Notes: generated from the sequence alone by a model not told the origin. A DNA stretch of 64,000 bases from an uncultured Candidatus Saccharibacteria bacterium (GCA_927910745.1 CAKMNX010000028.1:11653-75652); one strand, 5' to 3'. Shown: positions 9,707-20,487, numbered from the stretch's first letter. Made by a program: numbers and translations.

Positions 9707-10126
9707 ATGGCAAAAATATTTGTATCAGGACAGATTGGTGATATTCCTGTAGTGCAGCAAGTGCAGGCAGCGTTGGTGGCGGCTGGGCATAAGATTACTC
9801 ATGATTGGACGCGCAACGAAGGTGGCAGTAAGATGTTGGTTGGTCAGCAGACGAAGTTCGATCAAGCGGCAGAGTCAGCACGCCGTGCCACAAATGACAT
9901 GAATGGTGTAACCCAGAGCGACGTCTACATTATCTGCACCGATAATGAAAAAGCAGGTAAGGGCATGTATGTTGAGCTGGGTGGAGCGCTTGCGCTCAAT
10001 ACCACCACTGGTTCACCACGAATTTATCTATTGGGTCAACGCAAGCATGCAACAATCTTTTATTTTCATCCCTCGATTCGCTTGTGTAACTCGGTAGATG
10101 AAATTATTACTGACCTTGATCATTGA
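9707..10126 (+). CDS. nucleoside 2-deoxyribosyltransferase-like family protein
   Basis: RBS agagaggag precedes the ATG. MAKIFVSG...YVELGGALAL resembles the NDT-fold catalytic Glu region. Confidence 0.4.
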   Translation: MAKIFVSGQIGDIPVVQQVQAALVAAGHKITHDWTRNEGGSKMLVGQQTKFDQAAESARRATNDMNGVTQSDVYIICTDNEKAGKGMYVELGGALALNTTTGSPRIYLLGQRKHATIFYFHPSIRLCNSVDEIITDLDH

Positions 10127-10135
10127 TTAGGAATA

Positions 10136-10735
10136 ATGCAAAAATATGAGATACTAGCACATAGTGTGAAAAATCCTGAGCAGAAAAAATCGGAGAAGCC
10201 TGATACGCATCATGTATCTCGCCTAAGAGAAGTGGCGAGTGTGGGGCTAACAGCCCTGCGCTATGGTGGCGTAGAATATATTGCACGGCAGGCCCGTGAT
10301 GGTAAGCCGATTGGCCTTGCGCTTGCAGCTTTTATGGCAGCTGATGTTGCTGATGGACAAGTTCTTGACGATACGCCACTGCGCCGTGTGACTGACGGCA
10401 TGGTGGATACAGCCGCTGTAGTACGCGTGATGTATGAGCTAGGCAAGCGCTATCCTGAGGCGCGAGCAGGAATTGCCGCCGTTGCCCTTGGGCAGGCAGC
10501 AACTGGCGCAGCCAATGCCTACCACCTGGCAAAAACTGGTGAGGTGACCAAGGGTGGGCGCTACAAACGAGCTGCTAATATCGCTACGGCGACGCTTGCC
10601 ATTGTAGCGGCACGTGGTAATCCAGGGCGGACGCGCCTCGCAGGCTGTATAGCGGCTGACGTTGTTGCAGCCACAACAGTGCCGCACCTGCGTGGAATTG
10701 GCAAGCCGACTGGTGAGCAAGTTCGTCGGTTATAA
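10136..10735 (+). CDS. hypothetical protein
   Basis: 199-aa Ala/Gly-rich ORF with no recognisable motif. Confidence 0.35.
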   Translation: MQKYEILAHSVKNPEQKKSEKPDTHHVSRLREVASVGLTALRYGGVEYIARQARDGKPIGLALAAFMAADVADGQVLDDTPLRRVTDGMVDTAAVVRVMYELGKRYPEARAGIAAVALGQAATGAANAYHLAKTGEVTKGGRYKRAANIATATLAIVAARGNPGRTRLAGCIAADVVAATTVPHLRGIGKPTGEQVRRL

Positions 10736-10804
10736 TACGCATAGCTGAGGTGTGTAGGCACCTCTGTTGACAACTGATAGATTTATCCATATAATAAGAC
10801 ATCT

Positions 10805-11554
10805 ATGTTTGATAAATTTCCTCATTCCTCTAACTCTCAGGTTGATAGTGCACCTGAATCGATTAGCCAGTCAAAGGAGCATTATACAAAAGCCTTTGAA
10901 GGGTCGGTAGTTCGAGCTAGTAAGCGCTATCCTGAGCTACCTTACCACCACCCTGGGCACATGAAAGATGTGATGGAGGCAGTTGGCGAGCTTGTAGAGC
11001 TTTTGCCTGATGATAGCTATCCGCGTGTGATCACTCCATGGCAAAAAGACCTCCTTGCCTTAGCGGCGGCCTGGCATGATGCTGGTTTTGACGATGATGA
11101 GGCTCAAGCATATCCGACGAAGGAAGAGTATGCAGTAGCACTCATGAAGGAAGATATCAAAAGCAATAAGATTGATCTGACTAATCACGATATTGCTTTC
11201 CTCGATCGGGCTATTAGGGGCACAATTATGGTACCCGCACTCAAGCAACGTGATACACCCGAGGCGAAGCTGCTCCATCACGCTGATATGGCCTATATGA
11301 CAGCTGATTGGGAAACATTCTGGCGCGGTGCTGAGGCATTTCACGATGAGGAGCACCCGGACATGTCCTGGGAGAAATTCCAGCAGTTTGAGGAAGATTT
11401 CTTGCCAAAATATAAGGAGTCATTGAGGGATGACTTTCAATCACTTGGCATTGCTGAGGATGAAATCAAAAAACGATTGGATACTCTTAAATCTCATCGT
11501 AAGCGCATTATGGAAATGAGCAACCCATGGCTTAAGCGACAGAATAATCAGTAA
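10805..11554 (+). CDS. HD-domain phosphohydrolase-like protein
   Basis: H..H motif (YHHPGH) and HD motif (AAWHDAG), with a later HHAD. Confidence 0.5.
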   Translation: MFDKFPHSSNSQVDSAPESISQSKEHYTKAFEGSVVRASKRYPELPYHHPGHMKDVMEAVGELVELLPDDSYPRVITPWQKDLLALAAAWHDAGFDDDEAQAYPTKEEYAVALMKEDIKSNKIDLTNHDIAFLDRAIRGTIMVPALKQRDTPEAKLLHHADMAYMTADWETFWRGAEAFHDEEHPDMSWEKFQQFEEDFLPKYKESLRDDFQSLGIAEDEIKKRLDTLKSHRKRIMEMSNPWLKRQNNQ

Positions 11555-11607
11555 TGACAAGCAGCATCTTCTCCTCTACAATAGAGCAAGAGAAGGAGGT
11601 GATAAAA

Positions 11608-12069
11608 ATGAAAAACTGTGACATTTGCCCATTTGTGGCAGAGCAAACAATTGATGACCCGGCGGTGGTCATGCAAACTGATCGATGGAATGTGGTGCTC
11701 GATCGTAATCAGCTGTATCTTGGCAAAGGGTTTGTGACGCTGCGTGAACATAAATCGTCGCTTGGTGAGCTCGATGAGACTGACTGGCGCGAACTCCACG
11801 AGGTGATCCGCAGCATGGAGCACGCAATTACCCAGGCATTTGGTGCAGACGTGTGCAACTGGGAATGCCTGATGAACAATGCCGTCAAGGCGGGGCAGTC
11901 GACCCATGTGCACTGGCACCTCTACCCACGCTATCTTAACGGTGTACATTTTGCGGGAGAGGAATTTCCTGATCTAAAGTGGCCACGACATCTAGAGAGT
12001 GGTGAGCACCGCGTGAGTGAGGAGCTATTTGGTAAGATTGTCCTTGCAGTGCAAGAGAACTTACCCTAA
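11608..12069 (+). CDS. HIT (histidine triad) family protein
   Basis: RBS aggagg precedes the ATG. The HxHxHxx triad reads HVHWHLYPR. Confidence 0.8.
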   Translation: MKNCDICPFVAEQTIDDPAVVMQTDRWNVVLDRNQLYLGKGFVTLREHKSSLGELDETDWRELHEVIRSMEHAITQAFGADVCNWECLMNNAVKAGQSTHVHWHLYPRYLNGVHFAGEEFPDLKWPRHLESGEHRVSEELFGKIVLAVQENLP

Positions 12070-12449
12070 GCAAGGAGCCACGCTGCTGCAAGGTATATAG
12101 TAGCTAATATAGCTGGTGCAATTACCATACCCCACTCTTGCTTTTTGAGCCCAATAACAACATCGCCAATTTGCGCTAAGCTTGCTGCAGCAAAGACAAG
12201 CTGCAGCGCAGAACCATGAAACACAAATGGAGCAACTACCGTAAGTAATCCCAGTGGCAGTGCTCGAGAAGCGTACATTGCCGCGTAGAATAGCTCGCCA
12301 TGAGTGATGGTAGTCGAGCGGCTCATCATACCAGGCTTGATGAGTGCAATAAGTGCAGCGATGATCGTTGCTATGGATGATAGGGTGGTGATGACAAGTA
12401 TGACGGTATGCATGAATATAGTAAACCATATGATGAGGTTGCTGTGCAA
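12066..12449 (-). CDS. small hydrophobic membrane protein
   Basis: 127-aa ORF that is almost entirely TM helices. The start codon is uncertain (12449 or 12413). Confidence 0.4.
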   Translation of the reverse strand: MHSNLIIWFTIFMHTVILVITTLSSIATIIAALIALIKPGMMSRSTTITHGELFYAAMYASRALPLGLLTVVAPFVFHGSALQLVFAAASLAQIGDVVIGLKKQEWGMVIAPAILATIYLAAAWLLA

Positions 12450-12481
12450 TCTATCCCCATCACCAATGCTATAATAAACCT

Positions 12482-13489
12482 ATGGCGATAGAACGAATTG
12501 TTGATACCAGTAGCCACACGGATGATAGCGAGGAGCAGCGCATTGAGGTGACGTTGCGACCACAGCGCTTTGCGGAGTATGTGGGGCAGGAGCGGCTGAA
12601 GAAGAATTTGCAGTTGGCAATTGCGGCGGCTAAGAAGCGTGGTGAACCAATCGACCATGTTTTGCTCTATGGCCCACCTGGCCTTGGCAAGACGACGATG
12701 GCGGCGGTGATTGCCAACGAGATGGGGGCTGGCTTGCGGGTCACCAGTGGCCCGGCGATCGAGAAAGCGGGCGATTTAGCATCAATCTTGACCAATCTTA
12801 ACGATGGTGATGTGTTGTTTATCGACGAGATCCACCGCTTGGGGCGAGCTGTGGAAGAGATCTTATACTCGGCGATGGAGGATTTTAAGCTCGATATTGT
12901 CATCGGCAAAGGACCGGCGGCCCGCAGTGTCCGGCTCGATCTACCGCGCTTTACAGTGATTGGCGCGACGACACGGACGGGGAGCCTTGCAGCACCACTG
13001 CGCGACCGGTTTGGGCATATCTATCGTTTGGAGTTTTACACTCCAGAGGAGATTGCGCAGATTATCACGCGGGCAGCGACTATTCTCGAGACGCGCATCA
13101 AGCCAGAGGCGTCGCAATTACTCTCCACGAGGGCACGCCTCACACCACGGATTGCTAACCGCTTGCTTAAGCGGGTGCGCGACTATGCGGACGTGAATGG
13201 TGATGGTATTATTGATGTAACAACGACAACGCAGGCGCTGACTCTGCTGGAAGTCGACGAGCTTGGTCTTGACCCAGCCGATCGTAACCTGCTACTCTCG
13301 ATGCTTGATACCTATGGCGATAGCCCGGTTGGCCTGACGACAATTGCTGCTCTGACAGGTGATGAGACAACGACGATCGAAGACTTCTATGAGCCATATC
13401 TCCTGCAAATTGGTTTTATAGAGCGGACACCGCGAGGCCGGCGGGTGACACCACGAGCACGACAGCATCTTGGCCGCGCAATGGAGTAA
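12482..13489 (+). CDS. ruvB: Holliday junction DNA helicase RuvB
   Basis: [13 protein letters not shown]...[12 protein letters not shown]...[11 protein letters not shown]. Confidence 0.95.
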   Translation: MAIERIVDTSSHTDDSEEQRIEVTLRPQRFAEYVGQERLKKNLQLAIAAAKKRGEPIDHVLLYGPPGLGKTTMAAVIANEMGAGLRVTSGPAIEKAGDLASILTNLNDGDVLFIDEIHRLGRAVEEILYSAMEDFKLDIVIGKGPAARSVRLDLPRFTVIGATTRTGSLAAPLRDRFGHIYRLEFYTPEEIAQIITRAATILETRIKPEASQLLSTRARLTPRIANRLLKRVRDYADVNGDGIIDVTTTTQALTLLEVDELGLDPADRNLLLSMLDTYGDSPVGLTTIAALTGDETTTIEDFYEPYLLQIGFIERTPRGRRVTPRARQHLGRAME

Positions 13490-13531
13490 GAGGCATGAGG
13501 TGATGAGTCCAAGATATGCTACAATATACCC

Positions 13532-14296
13532 ATGAATTCACAACGATTGCAACGCAATGATCCACCACGGCCCGTCGCCTATGATGTCGATGGTAACCCA
13601 CTCTATGCCGAGCCACCCACGGCACCACGCGCGAGCAGTACACTCTATGATGTGAGCGGCAAAGAAGGTGCTCCTCACTACCATGCGCCGCGCCCAGAAG
13701 CGAACCTGCCACGGATGTCATCAGAAGTGCGCCGCCGCCATGATGAATCAGTCATGGCCTTCCCGAATCTCAACCTGAGTGAGCAAGAATACATCATTAG
13801 TGTGGTGCGTCGCCACCCGATTGGTATGCTACCAGCGATTGTTATGTCGACCTTGATGACGAGTATTGTCTTGGCATTGATGTTTAATTACGACTATATT
13901 TTTGACCTCCTCCACCTGCCAGCTTCTGCCTCTGGGTCATTTATGTTGCTATGTATGGCGCTCATCTTGGCCTTTGTTCTTGGTGGCTATGTATCGGTTT
14001 GGGTTTATACGCGCAATATGTTTTATCTAACGAACGAGAGTGTTATCCAGGAGATCCAGACGAGTATTTTTTCACACACCGAGCAAACGGTCAGCCTAAT
14101 GAATATCGAAGATGCCAGCTACAACCAACGCGGTGTCCTCCAAGCGATGTTTAATTATGGCTCCATCCGCCTCAGTACGGAGGGTGACGAGACGACTTAT
14201 CGCTTCTCATTCGTAGCCAACCCCAAGCAAGAAATTGCGACGCTTAATAACGCAGTAGAGGATTTCAAGAACGGCCGACCAGTGGCAAATGACTAA
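13532..14296 (+). CDS. membrane protein with bacterial PH (bPH_2/YdbS-like) domain
   Basis: Pro-rich N-terminus, two TM helices, then a PH-like segment ending VSLMNIEDASYNQRGVLQAMFNYGSIRL. Confidence 0.45.
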   Translation: MNSQRLQRNDPPRPVAYDVDGNPLYAEPPTAPRASSTLYDVSGKEGAPHYHAPRPEANLPRMSSEVRRRHDESVMAFPNLNLSEQEYIISVVRRHPIGMLPAIVMSTLMTSIVLALMFNYDYIFDLLHLPASASGSFMLLCMALILAFVLGGYVSVWVYTRNMFYLTNESVIQEIQTSIFSHTEQTVSLMNIEDASYNQRGVLQAMFNYGSIRLSTEGDETTYRFSFVANPKQEIATLNNAVEDFKNGRPVAND

Positions 14297-14325
14297 TGTG
14301 AGCAGCGTTGATGACAAAAAACACC

Positions 14326-14359
14326 GAGCAGACAAAGCTTGGTGTTTTTGCACATCTAT
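14326..14359. terminator. bidirectional rho-independent terminator
   Basis: Hairpin acaccgagc-agacaaa-gcttggtgt with an A-run upstream and a T-run downstream, between convergent genes. Confidence 0.55.
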
Positions 14360-14370
14360 ACAATAGAGAC

Positions 14371-14769
14371 TTAGGTATTATTGCGGTTGGTCTTGGTGTA
14401 GTCTGCCTCACGCTCTAAGTTGGCAGTGAGTTTGTAGCCTTTACACTGGTTGTCGGTGGTGCAGTCGGTGCCACTGTAGTGGTAGCTAGATTGGGCGCTG
14501 CCAAGCTTGTGGCCGTTTGGATCGGTAAAGAGCGATGGGTCAACCGAGCGCAGTGTCTTGCTATCGATTGTGTTAGGGTAGTGGTTATTTTTCTCAAAAT
14601 ACACTTCTTCCAGGCTATAGTACATCGCGTTAATGGCGGTTTTGCGCTGGTTGTCACGCTGCGTCGCTTCGGTCGCGATTTTCTCGCTGAAAAAGAGCCA
14701 GCTGCCCGTTGCAAGGAGAGCGATCACAACGATGAGCTCAATAACGGTAAATCCTTTACGTGCCTTCAT
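14371..14769 (-). CDS. type IV pilin / pseudopilin (prepilin N-terminal methylation domain)
   Basis: MKARKGFTVIELIVVIALLATG is a class III signal peptide with the G|F cleavage site and Glu5. Confidence 0.8.
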   Translation of the reverse strand: MKARKGFTVIELIVVIALLATGSWLFFSEKIATEATQRDNQRKTAINAMYYSLEEVYFEKNNHYPNTIDSKTLRSVDPSLFTDPNGHKLGSAQSSYHYSGTDCTTDNQCKGYKLTANLEREADYTKTNRNNT

Positions 14770-14973
14770 GGTGTTATTATAGCATGTCTACCACGAAAAT
14801 TTCTTTAGAAGATTGTTGCTGTTTCGTACTCCACATTGATAGAGCAGTGGAAGCTGGAGGCTAATAAAAATAAATAAATCGGTGATGTTGAGTCTTTGTA
14901 AGTACAAACCAATCTCCACGCGGACAACGGCAAGAGATTCTGGTATAATAAATTCTTGAAGGAGAGGGGACGT

Positions 14974-15996
14974 ATGACCAAACAATCGAATACGACACAA
15001 ACCACAGACGACGGCAAGCTCAAAGCGCTTGGCCTCGCAATGGATCAGATTACAAAACAATTTGGCGACGGTGCCATTATGAAGCTTGGTGAATTCCATC
15101 AGGCAGATGTAGCGGTGATTCCGTCTGGCTCGCTGAGCCTCGATCTTGCACTGGGCGGTGGCTATCCTAAGGGGCGCATTATCGAGATTTATGGGCCAGA
15201 GAGTAGCGGTAAGACGACGCTGACGCTGCACGCTATTGCTGAGATTCAGAAGCAGGGTGGCACAGCGGCCTTTGTTGACGCTGAGCATGCGCTCGACCCG
15301 AGCTATGCCAAGAAGCTTGGCGTCGATACAGACAACCTTTTGGTGTCGCAGCCAGACAATGGTGAGCAAGCGTTGGAGATTACGGAGACGCTGGTGCGGT
15401 CAAACGCCGTTGATCTCATCGTGGTGGACTCGGTGGCAGCGTTGACGCCGCAAGCAGAAATTGACGGCGACATGGGTGATTCGCATATGGGTCTCCAGGC
15501 TCGCTTGATGAGCCAAGCACTGCGCAAGCTAACAGGGATTATCAACAAGAGCAAAGCAACTGTTATTTTCATCAACCAGATCCGCATGAAGATTGGCGTG
15601 ATGTTTGGCAATCCTGAGACCACGACGGGTGGTAACGCGTTGAAGTTTTACGCCTCGCAGCGGGTGGATATCCGCCGGATTGGGCAGATCAAAGTGGGTG
15701 ATGACATTCGCGGTAACCGCACGAAGGTAAAGGTGGTAAAAAACAAGATTGCGCCACCTTTCCGCGTTGCTGAGTTCGACATCATGTATAACGAAGGCAT
15801 TTCCAAGACAGGGGATATCCTCGACCTAGCGGTGCAGCATGGCATTGTTGATAAGTCTGGTGCTTTCTTCAAATACGGTGGCGAGACAATTGGTCAAGGC
15901 CGCGACAAGACCAAAGAGTATCTCAAAGAGCATGCCGATACCTTGGCTGAAATTGATAGTAAAGTTCGTGAGGCAGTGAAGGCGGCGGAAGAATAG
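14974..15996 (+). CDS. recA: recombinase RecA
   Basis: RBS ggagag precedes the ATG. Motifs include [13 protein letters not shown] and FVDAEHALD. Confidence 0.95.
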   Translation: MTKQSNTTQTTDDGKLKALGLAMDQITKQFGDGAIMKLGEFHQADVAVIPSGSLSLDLALGGGYPKGRIIEIYGPESSGKTTLTLHAIAEIQKQGGTAAFVDAEHALDPSYAKKLGVDTDNLLVSQPDNGEQALEITETLVRSNAVDLIVVDSVAALTPQAEIDGDMGDSHMGLQARLMSQALRKLTGIINKSKATVIFINQIRMKIGVMFGNPETTTGGNALKFYASQRVDIRRIGQIKVGDDIRGNRTKVKVVKNKIAPPFRVAEFDIMYNEGISKTGDILDLAVQHGIVDKSGAFFKYGGETIGQGRDKTKEYLKEHADTLAEIDSKVREAVKAAEE

Positions 15997-15999
15997 TTG

Positions 16000-16371
16000 A
16001 TGGATGACGAGAGACGAGCACAGGAATTTACAGATAAATATCTGCAATCATGGGTAGAGCCTGACCAAGTCACCCGACATGAATACATTCGCAAAATCTG
16101 GGCACCCGATGGCCAATTATGTGTGTCTGATCCTGCTCAGACGATTGAAGGTGTAGCAGCCATTATTGCTCATGTCGATCAGCTATACGGGGCCTTGAGT
16201 CAATTAAGATTTGTCTACGATCAGCGCATTGTCTGTGGTGACGCGCTATTGCTACGTTGGTCAATTTTTGATCAATCTGGCCAGCAGCGTATCAAACGTG
16301 GCGTTAACATTGTTTGGCGTGATGAGTTGGGCCGTGCTCAGCGAGTATATATGTTTATGAACGTTGAATAG
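16000..16371 (+). CDS. small hypothetical protein (NTF2/SnoaL-like?)
   Basis: ORF begins immediately after the recA stop. The fold assignment is a weak guess. Confidence 0.3.
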   Translation: MDDERRAQEFTDKYLQSWVEPDQVTRHEYIRKIWAPDGQLCVSDPAQTIEGVAAIIAHVDQLYGALSQLRFVYDQRIVCGDALLLRWSIFDQSGQQRIKRGVNIVWRDELGRAQRVYMFMNVE

Positions 16372-16523
16372 AAACGAAGAAACAACTGTTAGGTTCATAG
16401 ACACAACCCAACCTACTTAATGGAAGAACTAGGACGAATATCGCGCGAGTCATAAAATAGGGGTAGAGACCAAAGACCAAGGCAACGAGTCCAGAGTCGA
16501 CACCAGAGGAGTAAAAATAAAGC

Positions 16524-17138
16524 ATGGATATCGAAAACCACTACAGAAACGACACTCCGTTTACCCGGGCAATCATCCTCCATGGGCGGCGAAGCTTTGA
16601 CAAATATCACAACCCTACGGTTGATAGTACAAGCAACTCACATTGGCTGCCTTGGCTTCAGCAACAACTCTTGATACGTGGGATACTGACGCAAACACCC
16701 GAGATGCCTCGCCCATACGAGCCACGCTATGAGGTGTGGCGCCAAGAATTTACCCATCTGCCAGTGGATGAGCGTACGCTGCTAGTAGGCCATAGCTGTG
16801 GTGGAGGTTTTTTGCTTCGCTGGCTGAGTGAGGGAAATTACCGTGTTGGCCGGGTCGTACTGGTGGCACCGTGGCTGGATGTTGAGGGAGAGGCAGGAGA
16901 TTTCTTTCGCTTTGCACTCGACCGCGAGATTGACCGCAAAGCAGTGCACGGCATTGATGTGCTCTACTCTACTAATGACTACCCACATCTACAAAGCTCC
17001 ACGGCAAAGCTCCGCCGTGAGCTACCCCAGCTACGCTACCATCGATTTGTCAACCATGGTCATTTTACCTTCAGCACGATGCGGACGCGAGCGTTTCCAG
17101 AGCTGGTAGAGATTTGTTTAAGAGAGGAGAAGAAATGA
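16524..17138 (+). CDS. alpha/beta serine hydrolase (RBBP9/YdeN-like)
   Basis: GHSCGG nucleophile elbow, plus conserved D and H (NHGHF) positions. Confidence 0.55.
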   Translation: MDIENHYRNDTPFTRAIILHGRRSFDKYHNPTVDSTSNSHWLPWLQQQLLIRGILTQTPEMPRPYEPRYEVWRQEFTHLPVDERTLLVGHSCGGGFLLRWLSEGNYRVGRVVLVAPWLDVEGEAGDFFRFALDREIDRKAVHGIDVLYSTNDYPHLQSSTAKLRRELPQLRYHRFVNHGHFTFSTMRTRAFPELVEICLREEKK

Positions 17139-18163
17139 CTGAGAATGATAACTTGAAAGACGAAAGTAGGGTGCTAGATGCGCTTCCCACGACGCAGATT
17201 GATATAACGCGTGTAGCGAATCTGCGTGAGATACTCAAAGAGTACGGACACAAGACGACAGAAATATGTAGCATACAGCTTGGTTATGATAATCATCTCT
17301 ATGTTTTGCTCTCGAGTAATATTCCAATAAGAGATGGGTGGGCTTGTTTTACAGAAATCAAGGTAGACAGTGTCTTTTCGGTTCTTGAATTTGTCATTGA
17401 TTGGGAGGAAGAGGCAGTTCAACAGGTAACACACCTTGACCTTGGCCAGCATTTTATTAATTTTTGCTACATTCAACCAATTGGCGACAAGCTGCTGCTG
17501 GTCTGTCCACGGATGGACTACGAGGAGCCGTCTATGAGTAATAACGCAGAGATTGTTGATAGAACTGGCAAGGGGATCATGCTGGGGTGCTTGGGTGATG
17601 CGGTTGGCAGGGTGATTGTCACAGAGAATAGCGACATCATCACCAGTTATTTTGATGAAGGTGTATATGCGTGGTATAACCCAATTAGTGGCCTTGGAGT
17701 GAGAGCGTGGGATGATAAACTGCGAGAGAACTCTGATAAGACTCCAGCGTTCACGCGAGATGACGTCATTTGTATGTTCTTTGATGAGTGCAAGAATTTT
17801 TGGTACAAAGATATATCTGATTTTAAGCTAAGAAAGGTTAGTCCAGCGGGTGTATACACAGTATACGAACCAATTAATAGTATGAGAGCTTTTCTTGCCT
17901 ACGATAATGCTAATAAACTGCTTGCTAATGGAGGGTATGACCAAGAGAATACGTTTTATGTTGTTGATGTATCCCCCGCTCGAGATGAGCAGACACGCCG
18001 GCCAACTGTTATGATTGGGGATATGGTACCAGTAGAGAAAATAGAGTTTGTTTCTGATGGCGAGAGGGTTGAGGACATAAATAGCGATCAATCAGCTTTT
18101 CGTACCAATAAAGCCGTCTTCATCGATAAAGCATATAACATCTATCTCAAAGCATTTCAGTAG
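17135..18163 (+). CDS. hypothetical protein (AT-rich orphan)
   Basis: RBS agaggag precedes the ATG, which overlaps the upstream stop (ATGA). Composition is markedly lower-GC than the flanks. Confidence 0.4.
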   Translation: MTENDNLKDESRVLDALPTTQIDITRVANLREILKEYGHKTTEICSIQLGYDNHLYVLLSSNIPIRDGWACFTEIKVDSVFSVLEFVIDWEEEAVQQVTHLDLGQHFINFCYIQPIGDKLLLVCPRMDYEEPSMSNNAEIVDRTGKGIMLGCLGDAVGRVIVTENSDIITSYFDEGVYAWYNPISGLGVRAWDDKLRENSDKTPAFTRDDVICMFFDECKNFWYKDISDFKLRKVSPAGVYTVYEPINSMRAFLAYDNANKLLANGGYDQENTFYVVDVSPARDEQTRRPTVMIGDMVPVEKIEFVSDGERVEDINSDQSAFRTNKAVFIDKAYNIYLKAFQ

Positions 18164-18236
18164 TGGGGGTGGCACAGCTCATTTCTAGAGAGAAAGCTGG
18201 GTGGCATGACTAGATAAATTTGCATATAATACATAC

Positions 18237-18908
18237 ATGCCGACAGAAAAAACCTACACCATCACTGCGCTTACTGCGCAGGTGCGGAATGCTGATCGGG
18301 TGAATGTATTCATCGATGGCACGTATGATTTTAGCCTTGATGTGGCGCAGGTAGTGGATTGTGGTGTGAAGGTGGGGCGGGTACTGACTGAAGCCGAGCT
18401 GGCTGAACTGCACCGCGAGGGGGAGTTTGGTAAGCTCTACGCGCGGGCGCTCGAATACACCCTGATGCGGCCGCACAGTGCCCGCGAAATCCGCGACTAT
18501 CTCCAGCGCAAAACACTGCCACGCAAATATAAACAACGCAAAACTGGCACGCTGGTTGAGAAGCCTGGTGCTTCCCTAGCGGTTGTGCAACGGGTGTTTG
18601 CGCGCCTTGAGCAGCGTGGTCATATCGATGATGAGGCATTTGCCCAGTGGTGGGTGGAGAATCGCCACCAGAGTAAGGGTGTGTCGCGCCGCAAGCTGGA
18701 GGCAGAGCTACGTGCTAAGGGCGTTGCACCGGAGGTGATACACCAAGCATTAGCGCAGTCGAGGCGGACTGATGAAGACGAGCTAGCTAAGGTGATTGCC
18801 AAAAAACGCCCCCGCTACCCAGACGAGCAAAAGCTTATCGCGTATCTTTTGCGCCAGGGCTTTGTCTATGATGATATCCGAGCCGCGTTGACGAGTGATG
18901 AGTACTGA
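18237..18908 (+). CDS. recX: regulatory protein RecX
   Basis: Three-helix-repeat RecX-like sequence (LEYTLMRPHSAREIRDYL, LRAKGVAPEVIHQAL, LIAYLLRQGFVYDDIRAAL). Confidence 0.8.
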   Translation: MPTEKTYTITALTAQVRNADRVNVFIDGTYDFSLDVAQVVDCGVKVGRVLTEAELAELHREGEFGKLYARALEYTLMRPHSAREIRDYLQRKTLPRKYKQRKTGTLVEKPGASLAVVQRVFARLEQRGHIDDEAFAQWWVENRHQSKGVSRRKLEAELRAKGVAPEVIHQALAQSRRTDEDELAKVIAKKRPRYPDEQKLIAYLLRQGFVYDDIRAALTSDEY

Positions 18909-18914
18909 TCTGTG

Positions 18915-19520
18915 TTAGCGACGCTCGTCGCTCTTGATTGACTCTCGGGCTTGCGATGGCTTACGGAAGGGGTTGACGTATTCGCCACTACTCATTGAGC
19001 CTTGGTTGGGTGGCCTTTTGGCTCGGTTTTTGGTCTCAGCCTGCGACTGGACGATAATAGCATCGTTATTGATCTCGATAATTTGTGACCGATGGATAAC
19101 TAGCTCAGCATCATTGAGGCGGTGGAGCCACGAGCGCCGGACGATGAGCTGCTGGATGACAAAATTACCCGTCTCGATCGTATAGTCGCTAATCTTGCCC
19201 AGGCGCCGCCCGCGCTTGTCTTGGACAGGCATGCCCAAAAGGTGAAACTTGAGCTCGTAGAGGCGCTGGATCTTGATGACGTCGATGGGAGTGATGAGCT
19301 CGTCGACGGAGTCGATGATCATGCCGAGTTCACTCATCTCACGCACATCAGCGAGGCGGAGCAGCATGGTTGTGTCGTTAGCAAACGAGCCATCTACGGT
19401 GTAGGCAACGATGGTTAAGGTTGCTGGATCGATAAGCGGCTGGGCTAGGCTGCCAACTTTACCGCCCATTTGTAAGCTCATCACAGGATAGTTGGCGAGT
19501 GCAGATCCGAGCAGTATCAT
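18915..19520 (-). CDS. PRC-barrel-like domain protein
   Basis: Two PRC-barrel-like segments (LGSALANYPVMSL...VDG and LLGMPVQDKRGRRLGKISDYTIE). Start set at an internal Met. Confidence 0.35.
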   Translation of the reverse strand: MILLGSALANYPVMSLQMGGKVGSLAQPLIDPATLTIVAYTVDGSFANDTTMLLRLADVREMSELGMIIDSVDELITPIDVIKIQRLYELKFHLLGMPVQDKRGRRLGKISDYTIETGNFVIQQLIVRRSWLHRLNDAELVIHRSQIIEINNDAIIVQSQAETKNRAKRPPNQGSMSSGEYVNPFRKPSQARESIKSDERR

Positions 19521-19573
19521 ATGTGTAGTATAGCATTGCGCCGCAAAAAGCTCCACTGCAGCTGTAAAAAATG

Positions 19574-19858
19574 CTACTCAATAAATGGGTTACGCGAGCT
19601 AATCGGTAGTTGGCTGGCGCTTTGGTCGGATTCGCTGGCGGTTTTGAGTTGCTCGATTTTTTTGATGGTGGTTTGGTCGATGCCATTGGTAGGCTGGGGT
19701 GGCGCAGCCTCTGACGCCTTGGAGATGGTGGTGTTGAGCAAGAAGGTAGTAACCGCTAGGCCGCCAAAGGCGATAATGACGAAGAGAATAATGTGGTAGC
19801 GGTGGAGAAATTTGCTACTGGCGCGCCCAAGCGCGGCGAGTGAGAGATCGCTGTTCAT
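19574..19858 (-). CDS. small membrane protein at the distal end of the pilus operon (PilP-like position)
   Basis: Single TM helix. The ORF overlaps the pilO stop by 4 nt. Confidence 0.3.
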   Translation of the reverse strand: MNSDLSLAALGRASSKFLHRYHIILFVIIAFGGLAVTTFLLNTTISKASEAAPPQPTNGIDQTTIKKIEQLKTASESDQSASQLPISSRNPFIE

Positions 19859-20487
19859 GATCGGAGATATACCTCGATGGTTAATGTGTTGCTGGTAATA
19901 CTATCAGGTGACTGGCCCTGAGCGGTGCTGCGCGAGAGGTCAACATTGGCTATGCGCATCTTTGTCAGGCTTTGCTCGACGAGATACATGAAGGTGAGAA
20001 GTTTGCGATACTCGACGGGATTCTTGACGGTGACAGAGGCGGTGGTGGCTTTGAGCCCGGCAATAGCGGGCAGGGATGTGCCCGTCTTGTTACTACTGCT
20101 TGATGAACTACTTGACGAACTGCCCTTGGCATTGTCATCAGCAAAGGTGATGTCTGAAATAGTAATGCCAGCTTTGCGGGCAAAGTCATTGAGGTCGTTG
20201 ATGATCTGATCTTGATATTGGTAGCTTTTGCTCTCGGCAGCGATCTTGGAGGCGCGCTCGACGGCATGATGCTGCGTTTTGAGCATCTTTTCGGTCTGGG
20301 AGAGCTCTTGCAGCTCAGACTCACTGGCGGCAGCTTGCGAGGCAACAGTGCTAGCATCGGCCGCAAAGCCATCAAGCCAGTTATAGGCCAGCGCAAAACC
20401 ACCAGCCCCAATTGCAGTAATGGCTACCAGCGACACGGCGAGGATAATCCGGAGGTTTGTCGCCGTTAGCGTGAATTTTTTGCTCAT
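19855..20487 (-). CDS. pilO: type IV pilus assembly protein PilO-like
   Basis: N-terminal TM helix, coiled coil, then a C-terminal domain. Position is directly after pilN. Contains a poly-Ser run. Confidence 0.55.
   Translation of the reverse strand: MSKKFTLTATNLRIILAVSLVAITAIGAGGFALAYNWLDGFAADASTVASQAAASESELQELSQTEKMLKTQHHAVERASKIAAESKSYQYQDQIINDLNDFARKAGITISDITFADDNAKGSSSSSSSSSSNKTGTSLPAIAGLKATTASVTVKNPVEYRKLLTFMYLVEQSLTKMRIANVDLSRSTAQGQSPDSITSNTLTIEVYLRS

Noticed and set aside
20085-20125. Poly-Ser (9-10 Ser) run in PilO as a possible slippage tract
   Set aside because: The Ser codons are mixed (agt, tcg, tca, agc), so there is no simple nucleotide repeat able to slip.
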